A stretch of 64,000 nt of DNA from Dehalococcoidia bacterium (GCA_034429995.1 DAOUEZ010000007.1:9362-73361), one strand, 5' to 3'; shown: positions 1 through 9,762, numbered from the stretch's first letter. Program-made: numbers and translations. The notes: generated by a model from the sequence alone, not told the origin.

Positions 1-1083
1 AGAAGCATCGGTGCGTAGCTTCAGGCCGGTGCTGGTGCGGCGAATATTGGCCGGGTTGAAGTTGGCCGATTCCAGAAGGATGGCGGTAGTGTTCTCGGTC
101 ACCTCGCTGGCGGCCCCTCCCATGAGTCCCGCTACGGCCACCGCCTCCTTGGCGTCGGCGATGACCAGCATGTCGCGGTTCAGGGGCCTTTCGGTGCCGT
201 CCAGGGTAACCAGCACCTCGCCGGGGCGGGCTCGGCGTACGATAATCTTGCGACCGCTGATGAGGGAGAAATCGAAGGCGTGCAAGGGCTGTCCTACTTC
301 CAGCATCACGTAGTTGGTGACATCCACCACATTGCTGATCGGACGCACATCGGCCGCCAGCAGGCGTTCCTGCATCCAGGGGGGCGACGGGCCGATCTGC
401 ACGCCCTCGATGAGGGCGGCGCAGTAGCGTGGACAGAGATCGCGGTCAGCTATCTCCACGCTGAGGCGCTCCTTAATAGGGCGGCCCAGCTCTTGATAAT
501 CGACCGGCGGCTCGCGAACGCTGACGCCGCTGAGGGCGGCGACCTCGCGGGCGACGCCTAGCACAGACAGGCAGTCGGGCCGGTTGGGGGTGATATCCAG
601 GTCGAGGATGGTGTCGCCCAGATATTGGCCCAGGGGTACGCCCACCGGGGCATCCTCTGGCAGTACCAGGATCCCCTCGTGGTAGTCGGACAGGCCCAGC
701 TCCTTCTCCGAGCAGACCATCCCCGCCGATTCCACGCCGCGGATCCTGGCAGCCTTGAGGATGGTGGGTTCGCTGGTGTGGCCGTCAATGAGTTCTGCCC
801 CCACCCGAGCGAAGGCGACCTTCTGCCCCGCCGCCACGTTGGGCGCACCACACACCACCGTCATCTGCTCGCCACCCAGGTCCACCGTGGCCAGGCGAAG
901 GCGGTCGGCATTGGGGTGAGGCGCCACATCAACCACTTCAGCCACGCTGATCTTCTCCCAGTCACGGCCGGCAGTGAGGATGGTGTTCACCTCCGTGCCA
1001 GCCATGGTCAGACGGCGACCCAGTTCCCCAGGCGGAAGGTTTATGTCAACATACTCTTGTAGCCACTTGAGCGGTACTCTCAC
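1..1083 (-). CDS. pheT: Phenylalanine--tRNA ligase beta subunit (5' part; continues off the window start)
   Basis: Manual translation from GTG at 1083 gives MRVPLKWLQEYVDINLPPGELGRRLTMAGTEV... and an OB-fold motif LRGVESAGMVCSEKELGL. It lies directly downstream of pheS and is absent from the ORF track. Confidence 0.95.
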   Translation of the reverse strand, partial: MRVPLKWLQEYVDINLPPGELGRRLTMAGTEVNTILTAGRDWEKISVAEVVDVAPHPNADRLRLATVDLGGEQMTVVCGAPNVAAGQKVAFARVGAELIDGHTSEPTILKAARIRGVESAGMVCSEKELGLSDYHEGILVLPEDAPVGVPLGQYLGDTILDLDITPNRPDCLSVLGVAREVAALSGVSVREPPVDYQELGRPIKERLSVEIADRDLCPRYCAALIEGVQIGPSPPWMQERLLAADVRPISNVVDVTNYVMLEVGQPLHAFDFSLISGRKIIVRRARPGEVLVTLDGTERPLNRDMLVIADAKEAVAVAGLMGGAASEVTENTTAILLESANFNPANIRRTSTGLKLRTDAS

Positions 1084-1092
1084 GAAAGCACC

Positions 1093-2142
1093 TCAGAACT
1101 GCTCCAGGAAACGCAGGTCATTGGCGTAGAAGAGGCGGATGTCCTCGATGCCGTGGCGGAGCATGGCCACCCGCTCCACCCCTAAGCCGAAGGCGAAGCC
1201 GGTGTAGCGCTCGGCATCGTAGCCCACGTTTGCCAGCACCTCGGGGTGGACCATGCCTGCGCCCAGGATCTCGATCCAGCCGGAGTTGTTGCAGGCACGG
1301 CAGCCTTGGCCATCGCACAGCGGGCAGTCGATGGACATGTCGGCTCCCGGCTCCACGAAGGGGAAGTAGTCGCAGCGGAAGCGAACCCGCCGCTCGCGGC
1401 CGAACAGCCGTCGGGCGAACTCGTACAGGGTTCCCTTCAGGTCGGCCATGGAGATGTTCTCGTCCACGGCCAGGCCCTCAACCTGGGTGTGCATCCACTC
1501 GTGGGTGGGGTCGGTGGCCTCGTGGCGGTAGCACTTGCCCGGCGATACGATGCGCACCGGCGGTTGCATCTGCTCCATCACCCGGATCTGCATGGGCGAG
1601 GTGTGGGTTCGCAGGAGCATGGGGTATTCCTCGTTGCGGACGTAGTCCACCCAGAGGGTGTCCCACATATCGCGAGCGGGGTGATCCTTAGGGATGCGGA
1701 CAGCCTCGAAGTTGTAGTAGTCCCACTCCACCTCAGGTCCCTCGAACACCTGGAAGCCCATGGATACAAAGGCGTCGAGGATGTCCCGCAGGACCTGAGT
1801 GACAGGGTGAAGTCGCCCTATGGTCAGGGGACGCCCCGGTAGGGTAACGTCCAGATGGCCTCCCTCGACGACGGCCGTGACCGCTGCCTCGCGGAGCTGG
1901 GCCTGACGTTGGCTCAGCAGTTCCTCCAGCTCCGACCTGAGGCGATTGGCGGCAGCCCCCACCTGCCGGCGCTCCTCCAGGGGCAAGGAGGCCAGGCCGC
2001 GCAGAATGAGATTGAGGCGGCTGCGGCGACCCAGATAGGTTATTCGCCAGAACTCCAAAGTTTCTTCATCGGAGACAGCCGCCAGTTCCGTTTTGGCTTT
2101 GTCTTCGATTTCCTTCAGCTCTTGCAGTTGGGGAAGAGTCAT
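1093..2142 (-). CDS. pheS: Phenylalanine--tRNA ligase alpha subunit
   Basis: Motifs LRTHTSPMQIR, FRCDYFPFVEP and GFAFGLGVERVAML. Confidence 0.98.
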   Translation of the reverse strand: MTLPQLQELKEIEDKAKTELAAVSDEETLEFWRITYLGRRSRLNLILRGLASLPLEERRQVGAAANRLRSELEELLSQRQAQLREAAVTAVVEGGHLDVTLPGRPLTIGRLHPVTQVLRDILDAFVSMGFQVFEGPEVEWDYYNFEAVRIPKDHPARDMWDTLWVDYVRNEEYPMLLRTHTSPMQIRVMEQMQPPVRIVSPGKCYRHEATDPTHEWMHTQVEGLAVDENISMADLKGTLYEFARRLFGRERRVRFRCDYFPFVEPGADMSIDCPLCDGQGCRACNNSGWIEILGAGMVHPEVLANVGYDAERYTGFAFGLGVERVAMLRHGIEDIRLFYANDLRFLEQF

Positions 2143-2218
2143 GCCTACTTAACAACTCCGGGGCCAGCGCTGGTATTATATTATGAAGTGGTATCGTCAG
2201 GTCAACGGCTGGGCCATC

Positions 2219-2246
2219 TTGACAGAAATTACAACGGCGATATCAT
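2219..2246 (+). promoter_or_regulatory. Putative sigma70-type promoter for the Lrp/AsnC-domain gene
   Basis: TTGACA-N16-TATCAT, about 40 nt upstream of ATG 2289. Confidence 0.5.
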
Positions 2247-2288
2247 TTGACAGCATGGCGGGGCAGTTCGCCAGAAGGAGGCGGGACG

Positions 2289-2540
2289 ATGGCAACGCGA
2301 GCATACATCCTCATCGAGGCAGCGGTAGGCAAGGCCAAGCCGGTGGCCGAAGGCGTGGCAGGGATGAGTTTCCCCAACGCCAGGGTGGTCTCCGTTGATG
2401 CTGTCACCGGCCCCTACGACGCCATCGCCCTCCTGGAGGGTGATGACCTGGACCGCGTGGGTACGGCGATCACCGACGGCATCCAGCAGGTAGACGGCGT
2501 TCAGCGCACCACCACCTGTCTGGTCGTCAGGCTCGGCTAG
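2289..2540 (+). CDS. Stand-alone Lrp/AsnC ligand-binding-domain protein
   Basis: MATRAYILIEAAVGK...VTGPYDAIALLE...GVQRTTTC fits the AsnC/RAM domain pattern. No HTH is present. Confidence 0.85.
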   Translation: MATRAYILIEAAVGKAKPVAEGVAGMSFPNARVVSVDAVTGPYDAIALLEGDDLDRVGTAITDGIQQVDGVQRTTTCLVVRLG

Positions 2541-2722
2541 GGTCTAGCCCCATCCCCCCCGGCAATCCCTCCGCCTGTCGGTGGGGAGGTTGGTTTTTGC
2601 GAATCGGCCGATGCTACAATGGTGGCGCGGCTGGCTCGCTGCGTGTGTTCATTGTCCTTTTCCTTGACATTTGCTAGCGATTGCTAAGGTGGCAAGGCGG
2701 CCCCTGGGGTAGGTGAGCAGGT

Positions 2723-4003
2723 ATGATCAGCGTCGACGAAGCCCTTCAACGCATCCTCAGCTACGTCAGCGTGCTGGAACCCGAAGAGAAACCCATTCCC
2801 GAAGCTTTGAGCCAGGTGCTGGCCGAAGACGTGATCGCTCCCTTCAGCATCCCGCCCCTGGACAACAGCGCCATGGATGGCTACGCCCTGCAGGCAGCCA
2901 GCACCCCTGGCGCCTCTCCCTCGGCGCCGGTGGAGCTTCGGGTGGTGGGCGAACTCGCGGCTGGCTACGTCTTCGAGGGGGAGGTGACCCCCAATACGGC
3001 GGTTCGCATCATGACCGGCGCTCCTGTCCCCAAGGGTGCCGATGCGGTGGTTCCCTTCGAGGAGACCGAGGAAGCGGTCCACAAGGCCCCGATGACGGTG
3101 CGGCACATAGACGAGATGGTGCGCATCCTCAGAGAGGCCAGGCCCGGTAGTAACATTCGGCGGGCGGGTGAGGACATCCGCGAGGGCCAACGGGTGCTGA
3201 CCAAAGGCGTCGTCCTCAGGCCGGCGGAGATCGGGGTGCTGGCCTCCATCGGCCGGACCACGGTCAAGGTGATCCGGCGACCCGTGGTGGCGGTGCTGTC
3301 CACCGGCGACGAGCTGGTGGAGGTGGGCCAGCCTCTACCGCCCGGTCACATATACGATAGCAACGTCTACAGCCTGGCCGCTCTCATCGAGCGCTACGGG
3401 GGTATTCCCAAAGTGCTGGGCATCGCCCCCGACACACTGGAAGCCCTCGTCGACAAGATCCATCAGGGGCTAGATGCCGATATGCTTCTCACTTCGGCAG
3501 GCGTGTCGCGGGGCGACTACGATATGGTGAAGGACGTGCTGGCTCGCGAGGGGGAGATAGACTTCTGGACAGCGGCCATGAAGCCAGGCAAACCCCTGGC
3601 CTTCGGCTTCTTCCGCAGCGGTCAGAGGCGCATCCCTCACATCGGCCTTCCCGGCAACCCTGTGAGCTCGATGGTCTCCTTCGAGCTGTTCGCTCGCCCG
3701 GCCATCTTCAAGATGATGGGCAAGACCCACTGGCAGAAGCCAGCCATTCGCGCCATTGCCAAGGAGCGCATCGTCAATCGGGATGACCCCCGCCGCTACT
3801 TCGCCCGCTGCGTCGTCACCGAGGAGGGTGGCCGCTACTATGCCTCCCTCACCGGGCCTCAGGGCTCGGGCATCCTCAGCTCCATGGCCGCTGCCAATGC
3901 CCTCACTATCATCCCCGAGGATGTGGATGTGGTGGAGCCGGGGGAGGAGATCACGGTGATGATGCTCGATTGGAGCCAGGGCGAAGAGTGGGGCACGGCT
4001 TGA
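2723..4003 (+). CDS. moeA: Molybdopterin molybdotransferase MoeA
   Basis: Motifs PPLDNSAMDGYA, RIMTGAPVP, STGDEL, MKPGKP and GLPGNPVS. Confidence 0.96.
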   Translation: MISVDEALQRILSYVSVLEPEEKPIPEALSQVLAEDVIAPFSIPPLDNSAMDGYALQAASTPGASPSAPVELRVVGELAAGYVFEGEVTPNTAVRIMTGAPVPKGADAVVPFEETEEAVHKAPMTVRHIDEMVRILREARPGSNIRRAGEDIREGQRVLTKGVVLRPAEIGVLASIGRTTVKVIRRPVVAVLSTGDELVEVGQPLPPGHIYDSNVYSLAALIERYGGIPKVLGIAPDTLEALVDKIHQGLDADMLLTSAGVSRGDYDMVKDVLAREGEIDFWTAAMKPGKPLAFGFFRSGQRRIPHIGLPGNPVSSMVSFELFARPAIFKMMGKTHWQKPAIRAIAKERIVNRDDPRRYFARCVVTEEGGRYYASLTGPQGSGILSSMAAANALTIIPEDVDVVEPGEEITVMMLDWSQGEEWGTA

Positions 4004-4524
4004 CGACCAATTGACACAAAGGATTTTGTGTTAGGCTACCTTGCAAAGGGGCCCCACAGGGAGACCCTGCTCGTACTGCTCACCCCCTAGTGCGACGCCC
4101 TGGCTGGATAGAATTCGGCCCCACAATTCCCGGATCAAGAGTTCGTCACCGTCCGTCTCGGCTTGTCCTGATAGGGCCCTCTCGTGGCAGTTCCGTATCT
4201 AGTCAGAGGGGAAAACCTGTAACTGATTTCCCACCCAGGCGTCCTTGTATAGTGAAACCGAAGACAAACAGGGCTTCTCGGTGAGCGGGTGCAGCCACTT
4301 GGTCACGGGTGTACCGGGTCGCTCCCCCGGGGCATCCCGCCAAGGCCGAACGGCCCTCGGCGTTGGCGCGCCTCAGCGAACCCAGGCCACGCTCTATCTT
4401 GAAGGAGCGATGCTGGCAACAATGTTTGGCCTTAGATCAGGGCCGGGGCGAGCCGCCCGGACGAGTGTGGCGCTCGTTCTGGTTCCGAGAGCTGTCGCCA
4501 GCATAGCGGTTCTGGAGTAGATAA

Positions 4525-7500
4525 ATGCGACAAGACGTCGGGACGCTCCACCAGCTAGCTAAAATCACTATCGAGGGCGTCGCCGCCAAGGAGACCCTTG
4601 CCCTGGCGGCCAGCATCATTCGCCGAGCCACGGGGGCGGCCCAGGCCATGGTGGTCTATGCCGAGGACAAGGATTTGCTCGTTTGCAGTGATCCAGGCGA
4701 TGGTGCTGGCGCCGACTTCACCCAGATTGGTCTGTGGATAGTGCAGCGCCAGATCATAGAGCTGGGCGGGCCCGTGGTCTTCAACCTCATAGGTCAGCGG
4801 GTGGAGGATCTCACCAGCGCCTTCAGCGACGATGACCGCGAATTCCTAGCCTTGACCGTGCCGACCAGCCAGAGCCCGTCCGAGATGTGCATTCTCCGAG
4901 GGCCCTGGAACCACAAGCCGCGGGCTGGCATCTTACGCTTCATGGAATCGGCGATGCCTGCCCTCACTCTCATTCTGGAGCGGTTCCTCAACGCCGACCG
5001 CAGCCGTCGGCAGGGGGAGCAACTGCACACCCTGGCCAATGCAGCTCAGGTGCTTACCCGATCAGAGGATGTGGAAGCGGCCCTAACAGACCTGGCCACA
5101 GCTATCGCCGCGTCGACCGGATTCCAGTACATAGTGGACATCGATATGTACGATGCCACTACCGGCCGCTTCTCCCTGCGCACCCTGAGCGAACACCGCC
5201 ATACCAGCGGAACCCTGGCCCAGATCTGGAAGGCTAGCTTGAACCCGGACCGACCGGACCCCTGGAACACAGAAGTGATGAGCACTCTACAACCCGCATT
5301 CACACCCGACATGCAGAACGATCAACTGTATCCAGAACATGTGAGGACCTTCTTTACTCGCAGCCTCCTGAGGTCTTCAGCGAGGTTCCCCCTGCTGTTT
5401 CAGGACGAATTCGTGGGGACGATGAGCTTCGTCTCATTCGAGCCCCGCACCTTCCCTCCGGAGGAGGTCAGCTTTCTCCAGGGCCTTGTCAGCCAGGCGG
5501 CCACCGCCCTCAAGGCGCTGCGGATGCACCGGGAATTGCGGCGGTATACACACGAGCTCAAAAGGTCGGCCGATGAATACATCGCTACCACCAATCTGAC
5601 GGGGGACATGATTGGGAAGGTGGACGACCAGGGCAGGTGGACCTTCCTCAACAACGCCGCCTGCCAATTCTTTGGCAAGCCGAGAGAGGAACTCCTGGGT
5701 ACTGACTCCAGAGCTTCTGTGCATCCCGAGGACCTAGAGCCGACTGTCCAGGCGGTTCAAAAGTCGGCGGCGACAGGAGAGCCAATAGAGAGGTTTGTGA
5801 ACCGCCAGATCACGCCGATGGGGACAAGGGTGGTGGAATGGAACGCCTGCCCATTCTTCGATGAGGAGGGCCGGTACACTGGAATCCAGATGACGGGGCG
5901 TGACATCACTGAGCGCAAGCGGGCGGAGGAGGAACTGCGAGAGTCAGAGGAGAAATACCGAAGGGTAGTACAGGACTCCGCCGATGGGATAGTGATTTTT
6001 GAGGGAGTCGAAGTAAGGTTTGTGAACCAAGCACTACTGAGAATGTATGGCGTCGAGAGCGCCGAGGAGATAGTGGGCCGACCATTCGTCGATTTTGTAT
6101 CACCAAAGCACCGAGAGCTAATGGTAGGGAGAGCCCGTGCTAGGCAAAAGGGAGAAAATCCGCCTAGCCGGTATGAGTTCAAGGCACTGCGCAAGGACGG
6201 CACCGAGGTCGACGCTGAGATCTCTGTGAGCAGGATCACATACCAAGGAAGGCCAGCAGCCCAAGGAATAGTCAGAGACATCACCGAGCGCAAGCAGATG
6301 GAAGAGGCGCTGCGGGAGAGCGAGGAGCAATACCGCGCTATCTTCGAGCAAGCGGCAGACTCGGTTGTCCTCATTGACGCGGAGACCGGAGCGTTGGTGC
6401 AATCCAACGACAGGACGCACCAGACCCTCGGTTACACCCGCGAGGAATTCGAGACGCTCAACATAGCCGACTTTGAGATCACTGAATGTCCCGAGGAAGT
6501 AGCGAAGCACGTCGAGAGAATCGTCAAGGAGGGAGCCGATACCTTTGAAACGAAGCACAGGACAAAGGGCGGCGACATACGCAACATCGAGGTAAGGGCC
6601 AAGGCCATTTCCATCCGGGGGAGAGACTTCATCCAGGCCATATGGCGTGACATCAGTGACCGCAAGCGGGCGGAGGAGGCCCTACGAGAGAGTGAAGCAC
6701 GCTACCGTCTGCTTGCCGAGAACACAACAGACCTCATCTGGACCATGGATCTGGGCTTGAAATATACCTATATCAGTCCCTCCGTCACGCGTATGCGAGG
6801 CTACAGCGTTGAGGAAGTAGTTGGCAGCACGGTGGCAGAAACCATGACTCCTGCCTCCCTTGAGGCTGCCAGGAAGACCCTGGCGGAAGAGCTGGCCATG
6901 GAAAGGATGGAGCACAAGGACCTGCAGCGGTCGCGAAAGCTGGAGCTGGAGATGTATTGCAAGGACGGCTCCACCATCTGGACCGAGATGAATATGACTT
7001 TCCTGCGCGACCCGGACGGTCGCCCTGTTGGGATTCTGGGCACCACACGCGACATCAGCGAGCGCAAGCGGGCGGAGAGGGAGCGAGAGGGACTGTACGC
7101 CGAGCTGGAGTTGAGGGCCATCACCGACAGCCTCACCGGCCTCTATGACCACGCCCACTTCTACCAGCGCCTGGCCGAGGAGATAGAACGCTGCAAGCGG
7201 TACAAGCACAGCTTCGCCGTGGTGATGATGGATGTCGATGACTTCAAGCGCTTCAACGACTCCCGTGGCCACCAGGCGGGTGACAAAATGCTGCGCCTCG
7301 TTGGTTACTGCATCCGAGCGGGTCTGCGGCGCTCAGATATCGCCTTCCGCTACGGCGGCGATGAGTTTGCGGCGATACTACCGCACGCCGACTCATCAAA
7401 GGCACGGGCCGCGGTTGACCGCATAAATGAGCGCATCGCTAAGAGCCTCAAACACACGGACGATGGGGTTGCAACTCGCCTGAGTCTCAGCGCTGGCGTA

Positions 7501-8433
7501 GCCTGCTTCCCCGACGACGCAACAACTGCGGACGACCTGGTGCGAATAGCAGACGCTGCCCTATACAACGCCAAGTGGATAGCACGGGCTCGCGACATCA
7601 TGGGGCAGAGAGAAGATATCCAGTCATTGGTCTCTGCTTTGGTCAGTCGGCGAGCGGGGGTCGAGGCTCCAGCAGGCGGAATTATCTTCCGACCCGAGGC
7701 CTTGCATGAGCAGCAGGCGAGAATCGTCTCTAGTGTCGCCAGTTCCATCGCCGTGGCTCTCAAAGATGCCGGCGTGCCTGAGGCCCTTGAAGACCCGGAC
7801 CTGCAAGTTCTTGCCACTGTAGGCGCAGCAGCCGAGATCAAGGACCGGTACATTCGCGGACACCCGGAGCGCACGAGCGAGAGGGCTGTAGCCCTCGCCC
7901 AGGAGATGGGGCTCTCTCCCGAACGAGTGAGGGACATTCGGGTCGCCGGCCTTCTGCACGACATTGGCAAGGTCACCGTCAGCGAGGGCATTCTCAACAA
8001 GCCTGGCAAGCTGACCAAGAGGGAATTCGCCAGCATCAAAGACCACCCCATCGTGGGGGCTACCCTCATCTCCCAGGTCAGGGGCTTCGAACGATTGGTG
8101 CCGACCGTTCGCCATCACCACGAGCGCTTTGACGGCAAGGGCTACCCCGACGGCCTGGCTGGCGAAGAGATCCCCCTGGAGGCGCGTATCCTGAGCGTGG
8201 TAGATGTATTTGACGCCCTGACTCACCAGCGTTCCTACCGGAAAGCCCAGACCAAGGAGCACGCCATAGCTGAGCTAGAGCGCGGTGCTGGTACTCAGTT
8301 TGATCCCGCGGTGGTAGAAGCATTCCTCGCCTTGATGAAAAGACGAGGCGAGGAGCCCGCAGCCCCCGCACAAGCAGCGAGCGAGGACAGGCAGTTGGCG
8401 CCTGCGAGAGCACCCGCGCGGGGGAAACGATAA
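4525..8433 (+). CDS. GAF + 4xPAS + GGDEF + HD-GYP c-di-GMP signalling protein
   Basis: Four PAS/PAC units end in DI(T/S)(E/D)RK. RRSDIAFRYGGDEF gives an I-site plus an intact GGDEF. LLHDIGK and HHERFDGKGYP mark the HD-GYP domain. Confidence 0.93.
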   Translation: MRQDVGTLHQLAKITIEGVAAKETLALAASIIRRATGAAQAMVVYAEDKDLLVCSDPGDGAGADFTQIGLWIVQRQIIELGGPVVFNLIGQRVEDLTSAFSDDDREFLALTVPTSQSPSEMCILRGPWNHKPRAGILRFMESAMPALTLILERFLNADRSRRQGEQLHTLANAAQVLTRSEDVEAALTDLATAIAASTGFQYIVDIDMYDATTGRFSLRTLSEHRHTSGTLAQIWKASLNPDRPDPWNTEVMSTLQPAFTPDMQNDQLYPEHVRTFFTRSLLRSSARFPLLFQDEFVGTMSFVSFEPRTFPPEEVSFLQGLVSQAATALKALRMHRELRRYTHELKRSADEYIATTNLTGDMIGKVDDQGRWTFLNNAACQFFGKPREELLGTDSRASVHPEDLEPTVQAVQKSAATGEPIERFVNRQITPMGTRVVEWNACPFFDEEGRYTGIQMTGRDITERKRAEEELRESEEKYRRVVQDSADGIVIFEGVEVRFVNQALLRMYGVESAEEIVGRPFVDFVSPKHRELMVGRARARQKGENPPSRYEFKALRKDGTEVDAEISVSRITYQGRPAAQGIVRDITERKQMEEALRESEEQYRAIFEQAADSVVLIDAETGALVQSNDRTHQTLGYTREEFETLNIADFEITECPEEVAKHVERIVKEGADTFETKHRTKGGDIRNIEVRAKAISIRGRDFIQAIWRDISDRKRAEEALRESEARYRLLAENTTDLIWTMDLGLKYTYISPSVTRMRGYSVEEVVGSTVAETMTPASLEAARKTLAEELAMERMEHKDLQRSRKLELEMYCKDGSTIWTEMNMTFLRDPDGRPVGILGTTRDISERKRAEREREGLYAELELRAITDSLTGLYDHAHFYQRLAEEIERCKRYKHSFAVVMMDVDDFKRFNDSRGHQAGDKMLRLVGYCIRAGLRRSDIAFRYGGDEFAAILPHADSSKARAAVDRINERIAKSLKHTDDGVATRLSLSAGVACFPDDATTADDLVRIADAALYNAKWIARARDIMGQREDIQSLVSALVSRRAGVEAPAGGIIFRPEALHEQQARIVSSVASSIAVALKDAGVPEALEDPDLQVLATVGAAAEIKDRYIRGHPERTSERAVALAQEMGLSPERVRDIRVAGLLHDIGKVTVSEGILNKPGKLTKREFASIKDHPIVGATLISQVRGFERLVPTVRHHHERFDGKGYPDGLAGEEIPLEARILSVVDVFDALTHQRSYRKAQTKEHAIAELERGAGTQFDPAVVEAFLALMKRRGEEPAAPAQAASEDRQLAPARAPARGKR

Positions 8434-8478
8434 TTGCAGGCTGGCAAGAAGCGGAGATACCCCAAGCGCTTGCCCTCT

Positions 8479-8502
8479 CTGGAAACGCTCAAGCGTTTCC
8501 AG
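8479..8502. repeat. Perfect 11-bp inverted repeat (terminator- or operator-like)
   Basis: CTGGAAACGCT-CA-AGCGTTTCCAG between the GGDEF gene and sod. Confidence 0.6.
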
Positions 8503-8766
8503 GAGGCCCTCGAGCGACCCGTGGTGGCTTCTCAGGAGGCCCTCATACTTGGGCCACTGCATCAGCGTCATCGATAACGGCTGAATTATCCGCTCTGGGC
8601 ATGCGCGCCCTCTGTGAGGCCCCACGGAGTGTCTCCTTCGGAGTTGAGGCTGGAGTCGCCCACAGCGAAGCCGACGCTGTCCACCCGCGCCCCGCGCAGA
8701 AGTGCTAGAATGCCCTTACACCAAGCCAGACTGTGCTGCCATGAACGGGGGAAGGAGGTGTCGGCC

Positions 8767-9345
8767 ATGGCCTACGAGGCAAAGGACTACAGCCACCTGA
8801 TAGGGATGGAGGGGTTCAGCGACACATTGCTGAGGAATCACTTCACCCTCTACCAGGGCTACGTCACCAATACCAACAAGCTGCTCGACCTTCTTAGCCA
8901 GATGGCCGAGGAAGGCAAGTTCGCCACGCCTGAATACGCCGAACTGAAGCGAAGGATGGGCTTCGAGTTCGACGGCATGCGCCTGCACGAGTACTACTTC
9001 GAGAACCTGGGCGGCAAGGAAGACCTCGGCGACTCGGCCAAGTTGCGGGACAAGCTGACCGCCGACTTCGGCAGCTACGAAGCCTGGGAGGCCGACTTCA
9101 AGGGCACCGGCGCCATGCGGGGCATCGGCTGGGCCATACTCTACCAGGACAACGTGACAGGAAGGCTGCTCAACCAGTGGATCAACGAGCACGAGACCGG
9201 CCATCTGGCGGGCTGTCTCCCCATCCTGGTCATGGATGTCTTCGAGCACGCGTTTATGCTGGACTATGGGTTGAAGCGGGCTGACTACATCGAGGCGTTC
9301 TTCAGAAACGTGAACTGGGAGGCGGTCGAAAGGCGCCTGATCTAG
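8767..9345 (+). CDS. Fe/Mn superoxide dismutase family protein
   Basis: Metal ligands are present in NHFTLYQGY, RLHEYYF and DVFEHAF. ATG 8767 follows the RBS AAGGAGGT; the ORF-track start at 8614 is an upstream extension. Confidence 0.9.
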   Translation: MAYEAKDYSHLIGMEGFSDTLLRNHFTLYQGYVTNTNKLLDLLSQMAEEGKFATPEYAELKRRMGFEFDGMRLHEYYFENLGGKEDLGDSAKLRDKLTADFGSYEAWEADFKGTGAMRGIGWAILYQDNVTGRLLNQWINEHETGHLAGCLPILVMDVFEHAFMLDYGLKRADYIEAFFRNVNWEAVERRLI

Positions 9346-9373
9346 GAGGCCCTTGAAAAAGCGCGCTTGTTTG

Positions 9374-9442
9374 CCCTTCGACACGCTCAGGGCGAGCGGG
9401 CTTGCAGTTCCGCTCGTGGTGAGCCTATCGAACCACGAGCGG
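9374..9442. repeat. Palindromic interspersed (REP-like) repeat
   Basis: CCCTTCGACACGCTCAGGGCGAGCGG followed by the hairpin CCGCTCGTGGT-N11-ACCACGAGCGG. A related core recurs at 48554 and 52460-52584. Confidence 0.65.
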
Positions 9443-9491
9443 CCCCAAGGGGGTATTTCAACAGCCTTGTAGGCTAAGGAAGGGGGATCCT

Positions 9492-9698
9492 ATGGCAGAG
9501 ACCACGATCACTCCTCTGGATGACGGCCCTTACCTAGTGAAGGGCCCGGCAAAGATCATTGATGCCACCAGCAACGAGTTCCGCGTAGAAGGCAAGACCA
9601 TTGCCCTCTGCCGCTGCGGCAACTCCAACACCAAGCCCTTCTGCGACGGAACTCATGTCAACGTCGGATTCAAGTCCAAAGACAGGGCTGCTGGCTAG
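9492..9698 (+). CDS. CDGSH iron-sulfur domain protein
   Basis: LCRCGNSNTKPFCDGTH (C-x-C-x9-C-D-G-[ST]-H). Confidence 0.93.
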   Translation: MAETTITPLDDGPYLVKGPAKIIDATSNEFRVEGKTIALCRCGNSNTKPFCDGTHVNVGFKSKDRAAG

Positions 9699-9717
9699 AC
9701 TAGTCAGGCATAAGGAG

Positions 9718-9733
9718 TGGTATCTTGATACCA
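9718..9733. promoter_or_regulatory. 7-2-7 palindrome, candidate operator
   Basis: TGGTATC-TT-GATACCA, 30 nt upstream of the ferritin-like gene start. Confidence 0.35.
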
Positions 9734-9762
9734 TACGAAGAACGATCAGAGGAGGTGTAGAA

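Noticed and set aside
2143-2288. T-box leader for pheST (also checked upstream of alaS)
   Set aside because: No GGTGGNACCGCG T-box sequence, and the spacing from the apparent -10 elements is too short.
2541-2722. Moco riboswitch upstream of moeA
   Set aside because: Only a short CTAAGG resembles the motif; the other conserved stems were not found.
4040-4400. c-di-GMP riboswitch upstream of the GGDEF/HD-GYP gene
   Set aside because: GCAAA and a CAGGG-AGA-CCCTG hairpin are present but not in the order or context of class I or II aptamers.
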